Below, piece by piece: positions 1 to 9,213 of a stretch of DNA of 23,993 nt (position 1 is its first letter; each line of letters begins with the position of its first letter). The DNA is from an uncultured delta proteobacterium (GTDB taxonomy: Bacteria; Desulfobacterota; Binatia; UBA9968), in NCBI GenBank assembly GCA_963840855.1, contig CAWJBB010000004.1:1-23993 (forward strand). Reading direction: 5' to 3'. The notes under the pieces are model-generated. The model worked only from the letters and a program-made list of their open reading frames with translations, was not told the origin of the DNA and searched no databases. Position numbers and translations under genes: made by a program.

Positions 1-1
1 C

Positions 2-175
2 CTGATCGCTGAGCTGATCCGCCGTGATCTCCCCTATTACGATCCGGCCATCGGCAAAGAAACCGTCGCCAACATGAATCGCTTCGCTCAGGATATCGGA
101 CTACTCTTGGCATCTGTGCCCTATGAGGGCGTAGTCGCCGCCGAGTTCAACCATTTGTGGAACGAAACGGTTTAA
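2..175 (+). CDS. 3' end (partial) of a probable ABC transporter substrate-binding protein, NitT/TauT-like
   Basis: Frame 2 is open from the window edge: LIAELIRRDLPYYDPAIGKETVANMNRFAQDIGLLLASVPYEGVVAAEFNHLWNETV*. It resembles NitT/TauT binding-protein C-termini; only 57 aa are visible. Confidence 0.55.
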   Translation: MIAELIRRDLPYYDPAIGKETVANMNRFAQDIGLLLASVPYEGVVAAEFNHLWNETV

Positions 176-177
176 TT

Positions 178-194
178 TTGGCACGAATTAAGCA
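178..194 (+). promoter_or_regulatory. Putative sigma54 (-24/-12) promoter upstream of the ECF sigma gene
   Basis: TTGGCACG-AATT-AAGCA: perfect -24 box, GG-N10-GC spacing; the -12 box is AAGCA instead of TTGCA. Confidence 0.5.
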
Positions 195-333
195 AAAGTT
201 TCAATACTATAGAGACGTTAGGTCAAGTGAAAACTGAATCTGTCAATGGGCCTCAACCGGCCGCTACCGGAAATCAACACCGGGCCGGGTTCGATGGCGC
301 CGATCGGCACTTGCTATATGGAACAAATTTTCG

Positions 334-361
334 GGAACCTTTTTCTGAATAAGCAGTCAAA
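334..361 (+). promoter_or_regulatory. Putative ECF (sigmaE-type) autoregulatory promoter
   Basis: GGAACCT-N16-TCAAA versus the sigmaE consensus GGAACTT-N16-TCAAA, with a T-tract after -35; it ends 16 nt upstream of an in-frame GTG at 378. Confidence 0.65.
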
Positions 362-377
362 TAAATCGGAAGCGATA

Positions 378-953
378 GTGTCTGGCGGGATCAGTGACGC
401 GGAATGCGTCCGGCGCTTGCAGCAGGGTAACACGGAAATCTTCGCAACCCTGGTGGAACGACACCAGAAGACGATCTTTAATCTTCTATACCGCATGCTC
501 GGCGATTATGATGACGCGGCAGAGGTTTCCCAGGAAGCGTTTCTTTCGGCCTACCGCTCCATCAAGAGTTTTCGCGGCGACGCGAGTTTTTCGACATGGC
601 TTTACCGTATTGCGGTCAATCATGCGAACACTCGGCGCAAAAGCGCGACCCTCTGGCAACAACGCATGGCCTGGATGGAATCCATGGAGCCAGCGGGCGA
701 TGGCGGGCCCGACCCCGCCGATGCGCTTGAGCAAAAAGAGATGCGCGAACGTGTCCAGGCGGCATTGAACAGCTTGGAGTCGGACGATGCCACGATCATT
801 TTGCTCAGAGACCTCCAAGACGTTCCCTATGAAGTTGTTGCCGATATGCTGAAAATTCCCATCGGCACGGTGAAGTCACGGCTTCACCGCGCGCGCCGGG
901 CGCTCAAGGCCCGGCTTACGCCCTATTTCAAAGCAAGAAGGACGCCAAAATGA
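378..953 (+). CDS. ECF RNA polymerase sigma-70 factor (RpoE/SigW-like)
   Basis: Region 2 (DAAEVSQEAFLSAYRSIKSFRGDASFSTWLYRIAVN) and region 4 (YEVVADMLKIPIGTVKSRLHRAR). Start moved from 246 to GTG 378, giving 191 aa downstream of the ECF promoter. Confidence 0.92.
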   Translation: MSGGISDAECVRRLQQGNTEIFATLVERHQKTIFNLLYRMLGDYDDAAEVSQEAFLSAYRSIKSFRGDASFSTWLYRIAVNHANTRRKSATLWQQRMAWMESMEPAGDGGPDPADALEQKEMRERVQAALNSLESDDATIILLRDLQDVPYEVVADMLKIPIGTVKSRLHRARRALKARLTPYFKARRTPK

Positions 954-2100
954 ACTGCGATGAAATCCAAGCTCAACTCTCGGAATACCTGGATCGCTCC
1001 CTTGGCGCGGCGCCGATGGCGCTAGTTGAAGAGCATCTCGCGGCCTGTCCGTCATGCCGGGAGGAAACTGAACTACTCAGCGAAACCATAGGCCAGGTTG
1101 CCGTGCTGCCAACAGTGGAACCGCCGCTTGGATTTACCCAGCGTGTTATGGCCCATGTGCGGGAGATCGAACCGCAACCGGCATTATGGCGCCGGCTCTT
1201 TTTGCCGCTACGCCAAAGATTACCGGTACAAGCGACGGCGCTGGTTATGCTTGGCATTTTAGGTGCTTATCTCCTGCAAAAGGAAGAAATGCACAAACAA
1301 TTAACAGCCATACAGCCTGTCCAAGTCACCGACGGCATCAAGCAAGACAGTGCGCCAGCGCGCCAAGACCTTCCTGTTCCGCCAACGACGAGTACAAGTA
1401 AAACGAATGCCTCAGCCAAGCGCGCCACCGGCGAGTCCACAAAACAACCGGCATCGTCGCGCGACCCTCAACCAGACTCAATAGCGCGCCGCGAGCGCGT
1501 CCGACTACCGGAAGTCCGGCGTCCAAATCGACGGACAGCTTACGGCCCGCGACCCCGGTAGCCGCGCCCGAACCGGGCGATAGAGCGGCACCTATGATCT
1601 CCGGGACACCGGTAGCTAATCATGTTTCCTCTCAAGGAGGCGGAGGTTTGGGCACGCTGGCTTTCCCCTTTGAATCGGACCCCGCGACCGCTTTTAGATC
1701 GGCGTCTTCGGCCATAGTGCCTTTCGCAGATTATGAGTTGGTTGTCAGGCGCCACGGCCGCCAACCGGCCGAGTCGCGTGGCGACGTTACGGACGCAGTG
1801 CGTAAAGCAGAGATGAGCCAGGCCGCCGAACGTCCATCGACCACCCCGCGCGCCATCGACCATTTGATGGCCGCCATTCCCGACCAGGCCCGCCCACAAA
1901 CTATCTGGGTGACCGTGCCGAAAAATCTATACGAACAATTTAAAAAAGAACTTCACGCTCTGGGAACCATCGAGTCGGAAACCCAAGTTCCGCTCTTACG
2001 CGATCAGACGGCCGCGCAGACAGATGGCCAAATCCGCGTGAAGCTGACAGCCATGCCCGGGGCCGATAGCCCAACGTCAAATCCGCCCGCCAGCCGGTAG
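950..2100 (+). CDS. Zinc-binding (zf-HC2/ZAS) transmembrane anti-sigma factor, apparently split by one frameshift near 1495-1500 (ORFs 950-1561 and 1594-2100)
   Basis: MNCDEIQAQLSEYLD...EHLAACPSC (HxxxCxxC) plus a TM segment (ATALVMLGILGAYLL), overlapping the sigma gene stop. The frame of the 1594 ORF is open from 1402 and reads as a P/S/T/A linker (PTTGSPASKSTDSLRPATPVAAPEPG). Confidence 0.75.
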
Positions 2101-2160
2101 TCCGGTCACATTAGCATCCTCAACGAATGAGCCGGGTGCGGGCAGAAAAGGCCATCATCG

Positions 2161-2649
2161 TCAGCCAACGAAAAGCGTGAACTTCGCGCCGTTGAGATTG
2201 GTGAGAGGTTTGGGATTGAGTAAACGCCGGTCAGAAGAGAGTACGCGCTGGGCAATTTCCCAATTGACAGGCGGTAGAGGATTCAGTTCACGAATTTGGT
2301 CTAGAGTAAAATAATCCGCATGATCTACTTCATGACCATCCGCGATAGGCTCGCCGCTAACGGGCTTTAACAGCAAGACAACGTAAATGCCGTTGCCGGA
2401 GTCCGGATCGTAGCGGCTCCGCAGCCCCAAGACCGCCTCCACTTCGGCCGTCACACCCGCCTCTTCCTGAACTTCACGAACAACCGCTTGTTCAATGGTC
2501 TCATCCGGCTCGATGAAACCACCCGGCAGCTGCCAGTTGCCGCGGCCATGTCTCGACGCCCGCCGGACTAACAGTAATTGGCCGTGTCGCACCACGGCGC
2601 CGCCGACGCCGATGTTGTAACCCGTGTTATACCGTATTGGAATGGCCAT
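2161..2649 (-). CDS. Nudix hydrolase
   Basis: Nudix box GGFIEPDETIEQAVVREVQEEAGV. Confidence 0.92.
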   Translation of the reverse strand: MAIPIRYNTGYNIGVGGAVVRHGQLLLVRRASRHGRGNWQLPGGFIEPDETIEQAVVREVQEEAGVTAEVEAVLGLRSRYDPDSGNGIYVVLLLKPVSGEPIADGHEVDHADYFTLDQIRELNPLPPVNWEIAQRVLSSDRRLLNPKPLTNLNGAKFTLFVG

Positions 2650-2663
2650 GCGGGTCTTCGCCC

Positions 2664-3842
2664 TTAGATCTTCAATTGAAATAATCTCTGAGCATTCTTC
2701 CAGCGAATCAGTTCTTTATGCTCTTCTGAAATCTTCGCGTTATCCTTAAGAAGCCGGACGTCTTCGAATTTCATCCTTCCGCCGGGATCGTCATGGGGGT
2801 AATCGGTGGCGAAGAGAAAGCGCTCCGCGCCGAGAAACTGGACGGCCTCCGGCAGCTCCGGTTCCTCGGTTTCAATGGTGAAATAAAAGTTATTTTTAAA
2901 GTAATAACTTGCCGGCTTCTTGTTCTTTTCCAGAAACTGACTCGCCGGCAGGATTGCCCGCGCCCGGCGAAGCTTCTCGCCGATCTTGGATAGTGCGCGA
3001 TTCGACAAGGGCTCTTCCTGGTCGTCGTAATCCACTGGCGGTGCTTCCAAAACTTTGTCCAGGCGCTCCACCAGTGGTTTGATAAAGGATGTCCCGGCCT
3101 CGGTGTAAATAAACTGTAATTTTGGCAATGCGTCGAGCAAGCCGCTGGTAAATAGCGACACCAGACTCATCTGCCCTTCTTGGGGCGCGAAAACATAGAG
3201 CCCGTCACGCTGAAACGGCAGGAGATTGCTGATACGGTGGCCATGCTGAACATTATGGAGATAGAGCGGCATCGCCAAATCCTCAGCCTTTTCAAAAAAC
3301 GGCCAAAGCTCGCGACGACTCCCGAGGGGCTCGCCGTAGGGATGTTCTTTCACCGGAAAAACTTTGTCCAGAACCGCGCTCTTGAAACCTTGTTCCTTAG
3401 CCCATTCTAGCTCGCGGATGGAAGCTTCGACGTCTTGCAACGCCACGAGCGCGACACCGAGAATTTTCCCGGGAAACTCGTTCATGATGCGCAGCATCGC
3501 TTCATTATGGGAGCGCGCCATGCTCGCCGCTAATCCGGGTTCGATGAGATAGGACCACCAACCGGAGAACTGGGGCAGAACAATATGCATCTCGATGCCT
3601 AATCGCCTCTCGTAATCCGCCATGCGCGCCTCTAGGTCCCAAAGACTGCGAAACATGGCGCCGGAACCCGGCGCGCCCAGTGGACTTGTGCCTGCCACCT
3701 GCGGCGCATCGCCGGGAAAATCGACGTCTGAATAGAGGCCGGCTTGATCGAATTGAAGTACCGGCCTATGGGAACTCAGCTTGCCACCAACGCCGTCAAA
3801 GGCGTCCCGTGGCATCAAGTGGGTATCGCAGTCAACAATCAA
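2664..3842 (-). CDS. Amidohydrolase-2 family protein (LigW/ACMSD-like TIM barrel)
   Basis: IVDCDTH metal motif, PLYLH, EAG and FLFATDYPH motifs. TTG start at 3842 lies 5 nt after GGAGG (the ORF track starts at 3854). Confidence 0.88.
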   Translation of the reverse strand: MIVDCDTHLMPRDAFDGVGGKLSSHRPVLQFDQAGLYSDVDFPGDAPQVAGTSPLGAPGSGAMFRSLWDLEARMADYERRLGIEMHIVLPQFSGWWSYLIEPGLAASMARSHNEAMLRIMNEFPGKILGVALVALQDVEASIRELEWAKEQGFKSAVLDKVFPVKEHPYGEPLGSRRELWPFFEKAEDLAMPLYLHNVQHGHRISNLLPFQRDGLYVFAPQEGQMSLVSLFTSGLLDALPKLQFIYTEAGTSFIKPLVERLDKVLEAPPVDYDDQEEPLSNRALSKIGEKLRRARAILPASQFLEKNKKPASYYFKNNFYFTIETEEPELPEAVQFLGAERFLFATDYPHDDPGGRMKFEDVRLLKDNAKISEEHKELIRWKNAQRLFQLKI

Positions 3843-3914
3843 GACCGCCTCCAAAAACTGCTAATTTTCCTTTTATAGGGCGGTCGTGACTGCGAAGTCA
3901 AATTGAGAAATGAG

Positions 3915-3938
3915 CGCGGCGGCCGATGGACCGCCGCG
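3915..3938 (-). terminator. Possible terminator hairpin after the 3977-4483 gene
   Basis: CGCGGCGG-N8-CCGCCGCG perfect 8-bp stem; weak U-tract. Confidence 0.3.
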
Positions 3939-3976
3939 TGAAGGAAGAGCGAAAGCTTTGCATCAAGCTTCAGGTA

Positions 3977-4483
3977 TCAGTCATACCAAAAGCCACCAAC
4001 CCGTCGATCGAAGTCCCGAGAACCACGCCTGTAGTCTTGTCCCCGATCCCAGCGGTTGTTGTTATTCCACCAACCCCAACCGGTTTCACGGTAGTCATGC
4101 CGGCTGTAACCGTATCGATGATTGTCATAGCCGTATTTGTCGAGATCGCGGCGAAGTTCCGCATGGTCCTCGCGGATTTCGCGCCGGTCCTGGAAGATTT
4201 CCTGCCGCCCCTGCCGCACTTCGTTGCGTAATCGCTCTATCTGCGCCGGGCTCCTGCCCCTCCGATAAGCTCGCTGAAGCGCTTCTCGGTCACGGTTGTA
4301 TTCTCGAATATCCCTGCGCAACTCCGCGCGGTCTCTCCGAATCTCCGCCACATCGCCGCGTATTTCCGCTCGCGCTACCCGCTCTCTGTGTCTGCTCCGG
4401 GCCTCCGCCGATATCGGACTCGCCAACGCTATCAACGAAATTATCGCCGCAGTTAAAAACACTCTTGCGTTAGTTTTTCTCAT
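3977..4483 (-). CDS. Secreted hypothetical protein with Arg/Asp/Glu-rich heptad repeats and a Trp/Tyr/Gly-rich tail
   Basis: AAGGAGG RBS; signal peptide MRKTNARVFLTAAIISLIALASPISAEA; repeats EIRRDRA/ELRRDIR/EIREDHA/ELRRDLD. Confidence 0.8.
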   Translation of the reverse strand: MRKTNARVFLTAAIISLIALASPISAEARSRHRERVARAEIRGDVAEIRRDRAELRRDIREYNRDREALQRAYRRGRSPAQIERLRNEVRQGRQEIFQDRREIREDHAELRRDLDKYGYDNHRYGYSRHDYRETGWGWWNNNNRWDRGQDYRRGSRDFDRRVGGFWYD

Positions 4484-4501
4484 AGGCGCCTCCTTATCCG
4501 G

Positions 4502-4531
4502 TTAGACGGCGCTGGTTGAAAAACGTTAACA
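4502..4531 (-). promoter_or_regulatory. Putative ECF-type promoter for the secreted repeat protein
   Basis: Minus strand reads TGTTAAC-GTTTTT...CGTCTAA; the AAC-N18-TCTAA spacing is the same as in the 334-361 promoter. Confidence 0.45.
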
Positions 4532-4560
4532 ACGAAACGGGGGAGATACTCCGTCGACTG

Positions 4561-4619
4561 CCGTTCAAGTCGTTCAAAAGGTTCCAATCGTTCCAAACGT
4601 TTTGAACGGCTTGAACGAT
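4561..4619. repeat. ~9-bp tandem/inverted repeat (GTTCAA / TTGAAC family), copy 1
   Basis: cgttcaagt cgttcaaaa ggttccaat cgttccaaa cgtt ttgaacggc ttgaacga. Confidence 0.7.
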
Positions 4620-4640
4620 TAGTTAGAAGGAGCCGCCCCC

Positions 4641-5172
4641 ATGAGCGTAAACCCCGCCTACGATCCAACCGACCCGCGTTACTACGATGGGAAAGACCTT
4701 CGCGCTGAGACCGAAAGGATTTTCAGCGTCTGTGCGGATTGCCGTCTCTGCGTGCGTGCAAAGTATCCTGGGAATTCATAAAGACAAGAAGCTGCCGCCC
4801 TCGCCGCCGAGGGAAAACTAAATAAAGAATTCAAAACCGGCGCGGGCGACGTCAATTACCACATGCCATGCCACCTGCGCGCGCAGAACGTCGGCTATAA
4901 GACCCGACGATGTGCTTTCGTTACTGGCCGATACGAAAGTCAAAGTCGTCGAAGAATGCTCCGGTCATGACGGCACCTGGGCGATGAAGAAAGAAAACTT
5001 TGAGGCCTCGCTCAAATGGGGGAAACGCGCCTTCGCGCAGATGGCCGAGGGCGAGCCGGACATTACCTGCTCCGACTGTCCGCTGGCGGCGATTCAGCAA
5101 GGCACCGGCCGCCGCCCATTGAATCCTATACAATTAGTGACGAAGAGCTATCGCGGGGAAAAAATCTCCTGA
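4641..5172 (+). pseudogene. Internally deleted GlpC-like (CCG-domain) Fe-S oxidoreductase remnant
   Basis: AAGGAG RBS and MSVNPAYDP...CADCRLCV, then QSILGIHKDKKLPP in another frame, then YHMPCHLRAQNVGYKT, a frameshift, and ECSGHDGTWAMKKE...CSDCPLAAIQ. Collinear fragments total only ~530 bp. Confidence 0.82.
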
Positions 5173-5199
5173 ACTAACCGAAGCTTACTAACGCGCAGA

Positions 5200-5967
5200 T
5201 CAACCCTCGGCTGCCTGCGGTTCAACCGTCCCCGAGCAGCCGACCATCTCGCGCCGTAGCCCGCACACCTCCGCCACTTCGTCGCGGTAGGCCAGCCAAT
5301 GCTCCAAGGCTTCGTGCATCGCCCGCACCACAGCGCCGCGCCGGGTTGGCGTCACATGCTTGAGAATAGACTCCCAGGCCGCGCTGCGGTGATTGCCCTC
5401 GACTTTTCGGTGGGCTCGCGTGAGGGCCAGATGCTGCAAGGGCAGGCCGTAATGTTTAACCAACGGATGCTCGTTTAGCGAAGGCATCGGCGGGACCAGG
5501 TTTGCAGGCCCGATGGCCGCTCGCTCATCCTTGGTTCCTTCGATAAAGATAGTAACGACCGCCGTGGCGATCTCCCACCCGTAATGTTGCGTCGCTTCGT
5601 CGAGGAAACTACGATACCGCTGCGCAGCCGCGAGTAATTGCACGTTCTCAAACCGTTTAAGGTCCATTCCTAAGCCTCGTGGGTACTCCAAGAACAATTC
5701 AGGATGGGGGCTCCCTGCCGCCAGCCCTCCGGTTTCTTCTTCGTAAAGATTTTCCGAGAGGCTGCGGCGCACCGCCGCGATTGGACATCGCACATAGGCC
5801 CACCCCACCATGACCGGGAAGTCGCGAACATAGGCACCGTATTCCTGCTCGAAGTGAAAATGAAGGCGGTCCTTTGGCACCCTGCCATTGGTAAACGCCG
5901 GCCACGCCCAGTGATCCTTGCGCTCCATTACAGCCAATAGCTGCTCGCGAAAAGTATCCCGATCCAT
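5200..5967 (-). CDS. Heme-oxygenase-like diiron protein (CADD/PqqC/TenA-like)
   Basis: ENLYEEETG...HPELF, IFIEG and HRKVEGNH carboxylate/His motifs; GGGAGG RBS. Confidence 0.78.
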   Translation of the reverse strand: MDRDTFREQLLAVMERKDHWAWPAFTNGRVPKDRLHFHFEQEYGAYVRDFPVMVGWAYVRCPIAAVRRSLSENLYEEETGGLAAGSPHPELFLEYPRGLGMDLKRFENVQLLAAAQRYRSFLDEATQHYGWEIATAVVTIFIEGTKDERAAIGPANLVPPMPSLNEHPLVKHYGLPLQHLALTRAHRKVEGNHRSAAWESILKHVTPTRRGAVVRAMHEALEHWLAYRDEVAEVCGLRREMVGCSGTVEPQAAEG

Positions 5968-6018
5968 GATCGCCCTCCCGCTGATTTAATAATCAGTAAC
6001 CGCAACCTATTTTGCACC

Positions 6019-6034
6019 GCAACGCTCGTGCCAA
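6019..6034 (-). promoter_or_regulatory. Sigma54 promoter for the CADD/PqqC-like gene
   Basis: Minus strand TTGGCACG-AGCG-TTGC matches the TGGCACG-N4-TTGC consensus, about 50 nt upstream of the ATG. Confidence 0.8.
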
Positions 6035-6154
6035 CAGCTAAGGCCGCAATTTTTCAAGAGAAGGCAGCGCCCGAATCGGGCAAAACGGTCAGATTGGGAA
6101 GAACGTTACTTCAACTGCGAAGCAGCTAGGCAAACTTGCCCCGGCAAGCAAGAG

Positions 6155-6244
6155 GTTCAAAAGTTCAAATTGTTCAAGTGGTTTAACGCAGCCCGTATGG
6201 CTTGGAGAAGGCTTGAACGTTTGAACGATTTGAAATACTTGAAC
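6155..6244. repeat. GTTCAA / TTGAAC repeat family, copy 2 (inverted arms)
   Basis: gttcaaaa gttcaaatt gttcaagtg gtttaa ... ttgaacgt ttgaacgat ttgaaatac ttgaac. Confidence 0.7.
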
Positions 6245-6288
6245 AGGCTGGCCCCCTAGCATTCTTTGCCGCGCGAATTTCTCTGGGG

Positions 6289-7647
6289 TTAGTTACCGGC
6301 CGCCTTGGTGCGCATGGTGACAAATTCTTCCGCCGCAGTCGGGTGGATACCAACGGTCGCGTCAAATTGGGCCTTGGTCGCGCGGCAGTTAAGCGCCACC
6401 GCCAAACCTTGGACAATCTCTCCCGCTTCCGGGCCGACCATATGGCAACCCAACACCCGGTCGGTGGTCCGGTCCACCACCAGCTTCATCATCGTGCGCT
6501 CGTCGCGGCCGCTGAGTGTGTGTCGGAGCGGACGAAACAGGGTGCGGTAAATATCGACGTGGTAATTTTGCTGGCGTGCTTGCTGCTCCGTGAGGCCGAC
6601 GGTGGCACAGGTGGGAGTGCTGAAGACCGCGGTGGGAACGTTCTCGTAGCCAGGCCTGGTTGGTTTGTTGTTAAATAGCGTATTCGCCACGGCCATGCCT
6701 TCGGCTATGGCAACCGGCGTCAACATCATTCGGTCGGTACAGTCGCCGATCGCATAGATACTATCGACGCTCGACTTCGAGAAATCGTCAACGATGACGG
6801 CGCCGTTATCCTTTAGTTTTACCCCCGCGTTTTTCAATCCTAGATCAGGCGTGTGCGCCGCGCGCCCTGTGGCAAAAAGAATCTGGTCCGCTTCAATCAT
6901 GCTGCCGTCGGTGAGCGCAGCGCTCAGCTTGCCATTCACTTCGTCAATTCTTGTGATTTGCGTCTTGAACCGAAGATCAATCTGACGCTTGCGCATTTCC
7001 CCGGCCAAGGTAGAGCGAATGTCGTCGTCGAAGCCGCGCAGAAAAAGCTCGCCGCGATGGAGCTGCGTCGTATGCGCGCCGAGGCCATGAAATATGCCGG
7101 CAAATTCGACACCGATATAACCGCCCCCGACGACGATAATCTTCGCCGGCAGCACCGGCAAATAAAATGCCTCATTGGACGTAATGGCGTACTCTGACCC
7201 GGGAAACTTCGGCACCCTCGGCCAGCTACCCACGGCGACGAGTATATATTTCGCCGTGAACCTCTTGCCATCGACGGTCACCGTATGCGGATCGATGACC
7301 TCGGCGTGGCTTTCGACGATTTCCACGCCGGCATCGCCAAGAAGCTTGCGATAGATGCCGTTGAGACGGCGAATCTCTTGGTCCTTGTTGGCGATCAACT
7401 TGGCCCAATCGAAACGCCGCTTCCCCACCGTCCAGCCGAATTCCGCGGCGTCGTCAAAATCCTCGCCGTAGTGCGACGCGTAAACCAACAGCTTTTTTGG
7501 AATGCAGCCAACATTGACACAAGTGCCGCCGAAATAGCGCTCCTCGGCTACCGCAACTTTGGCGCCGAAGGACGCCGACATCCGGCTGGCGCGCACGCCG
7601 CCGGACCCCGCGCCGATGGTGAACAGATCAAAATCATAATGAGCCAT
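6289..7647 (-). CDS. gor: Glutathione-disulfide reductase
   Basis: GAGSGG FAD motif, GGTCVNVGCIPKK redox disulfide, GGGYIGVEFA, C-terminal GIHPTAAEEFVTMR; GAGGTG RBS. Confidence 0.93.
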   Translation of the reverse strand: MAHYDFDLFTIGAGSGGVRASRMSASFGAKVAVAEERYFGGTCVNVGCIPKKLLVYASHYGEDFDDAAEFGWTVGKRRFDWAKLIANKDQEIRRLNGIYRKLLGDAGVEIVESHAEVIDPHTVTVDGKRFTAKYILVAVGSWPRVPKFPGSEYAITSNEAFYLPVLPAKIIVVGGGYIGVEFAGIFHGLGAHTTQLHRGELFLRGFDDDIRSTLAGEMRKRQIDLRFKTQITRIDEVNGKLSAALTDGSMIEADQILFATGRAAHTPDLGLKNAGVKLKDNGAVIVDDFSKSSVDSIYAIGDCTDRMMLTPVAIAEGMAVANTLFNNKPTRPGYENVPTAVFSTPTCATVGLTEQQARQQNYHVDIYRTLFRPLRHTLSGRDERTMMKLVVDRTTDRVLGCHMVGPEAGEIVQGLAVALNCRATKAQFDATVGIHPTAAEEFVTMRTKAAGN

Positions 7648-7666
7648 GCGACCTCACCTCTGTAGG

Positions 7667-7724
7667 GGTCTAGAGTCTAGTGCCTCGGTTCTCGACTTAG
7701 CACTAGGCTCCAAACTCTTAGACC
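7667..7724. repeat. 7-bp AGTCTAG / CTAGACT repeat family, degenerate inverted copy
   Basis: ggtctag agtctag tgc ... gcactaggctccaaactcttagacc. Confidence 0.5.
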
Positions 7725-7926
7725 TTTTGTTTCACACCTGCGCCATTCTGGGATTTGCGTTCCCGGTATCAGGTGAATGAGACCCTTGACGCGAAACTCC
7801 CAGTTCTCTTTTAGCAACCACTAAAATAGGTAGCATCCGCCACCCGAAAAGTCTTGCGCGACTCTTTGACAGCGCGTGCCGATTCGTGAACAATGGCGCA
7901 ACCGGTCGATTTCTGCTTAGAGCAAC

Positions 7927-9213
7927 ATGTCACAATCAACCGCACGCACCGCCGCCGGAGGGCAGCGCATCCTTGAAGCCATCAGCGCGCTCCGCCACCG
8001 AAATTACCGTCTCTATTGGTTCGGCCAACTATTTTCCGTGCTGGCGCAGAACATGGAACATGTCGCCCAGGGCTGGCTGGTGTTGGAGCTGACCAATTCT
8101 CCTTTAGCCCTCGGAGTTACGGGCCTGGCCCATGCGATCCCGACAATTACCTTGACATTGATCGGCGGCGCGATTGCCGACCGCGCCGACCGCAGGCGCA
8201 TCATGATCGCCTCCCAGTGCTGCACGGCTCTTATGTTTCTGATTCTTGCGGTGCTGGTGCTGACCAATCTCGCCGCGCTCTGGCATGTCATGGTTTTAGC
8301 GTTTATCTCCGGGAGCATCCGAGCTTTCGACAGGCCCAGCAGGATGGCCCTACTGCCGCAAATGGTACCCAGGGAGGATATTCCAAACGCGGTTGCCATC
8401 GGCGGCACGATCTGGCAATTATGCCGTCTCGTTGGACCGGCCGCAGCCGGCATTTTGATTTATCTTTTCGGCGTCGGCCCGACGTTTTTCACCTGTTGTT
8501 TGGCGTCGTCCACCGCGGTCAGTCTCTGGCTCGCCATTCGCGCGGACCAGCCCGCGCTCGCGGCCAGCGCCGGCGGTTTACGCAAAAATATGCTGGACGG
8601 CGTTCACTTCATCCGCAACAACGAACTCTTCTACACGTTCATGGGCATGACGTTCTTCAACAGCGTTTTCGGCATGTCTTATTTGATCTTGATGCCGGTG
8701 TTCGCGCGCGACATTCTCAATGTCGGTTCCCAGGGATTCGGCTTCCTGCAAACCGCCGGGGGCGCCGGCGCGCTGATTGGCACATTGGCAGTCGCCTATT
8801 TATCCGACGCGCGCCGCCTACCCCTGCAAGCAGCGCGCGGCGCCGCTCTGTTCGGCGTGCTGCTGCTCCTTTTTGCCTATTCACGCGCCTTTCCGTTCTC
8901 TTTGGCCTTGGCCTTCGTGCTCGGAATGTCGGGCCAGTTCTACATCACAGCTATAAACACAGTTTTGCAACTCAACTTACCCGAGCAGTTGCGCGGCAGA
9001 GTCATGGGAGTCTATGGTTTGACCTGGGACTTGATGCCGGTTGGCGGAATGGTGGCCGGAACCATCGCCGAATTCGCCGGCGCCCCCGCTGCGGTAGCGG
9101 TGGGCGGGGCGTTCGTGTCCGGGCTCGCGCTCTGGGTCATCTCCATCGCAACGCGATTCGGTGCCGAGGAACGAAGCGAAGGGAAGGAAAGCGCGTCGAT
9201 AAGATCGGGGTGA
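7927..9213 (+). CDS. MFS transporter (EntS/MFS_3-like)
   Basis: ALRHRNYRLYWFGQ start, motif A GAIADRADRRRI, PEQLRGRVMG, about 12 hydrophobic segments. Confidence 0.92.
   Translation: MSQSTARTAAGGQRILEAISALRHRNYRLYWFGQLFSVLAQNMEHVAQGWLVLELTNSPLALGVTGLAHAIPTITLTLIGGAIADRADRRRIMIASQCCTALMFLILAVLVLTNLAALWHVMVLAFISGSIRAFDRPSRMALLPQMVPREDIPNAVAIGGTIWQLCRLVGPAAAGILIYLFGVGPTFFTCCLASSTAVSLWLAIRADQPALAASAGGLRKNMLDGVHFIRNNELFYTFMGMTFFNSVFGMSYLILMPVFARDILNVGSQGFGFLQTAGGAGALIGTLAVAYLSDARRLPLQAARGAALFGVLLLLFAYSRAFPFSLALAFVLGMSGQFYITAINTVLQLNLPEQLRGRVMGVYGLTWDLMPVGGMVAGTIAEFAGAPAAVAVGGAFVSGLALWVISIATRFGAEERSEGKESASIRSG

Noticed and set aside
246-377. N-terminal extension of the ECF sigma factor
   Set aside because: No sigma-like sequence, AT-rich, and it contains the ECF promoter.
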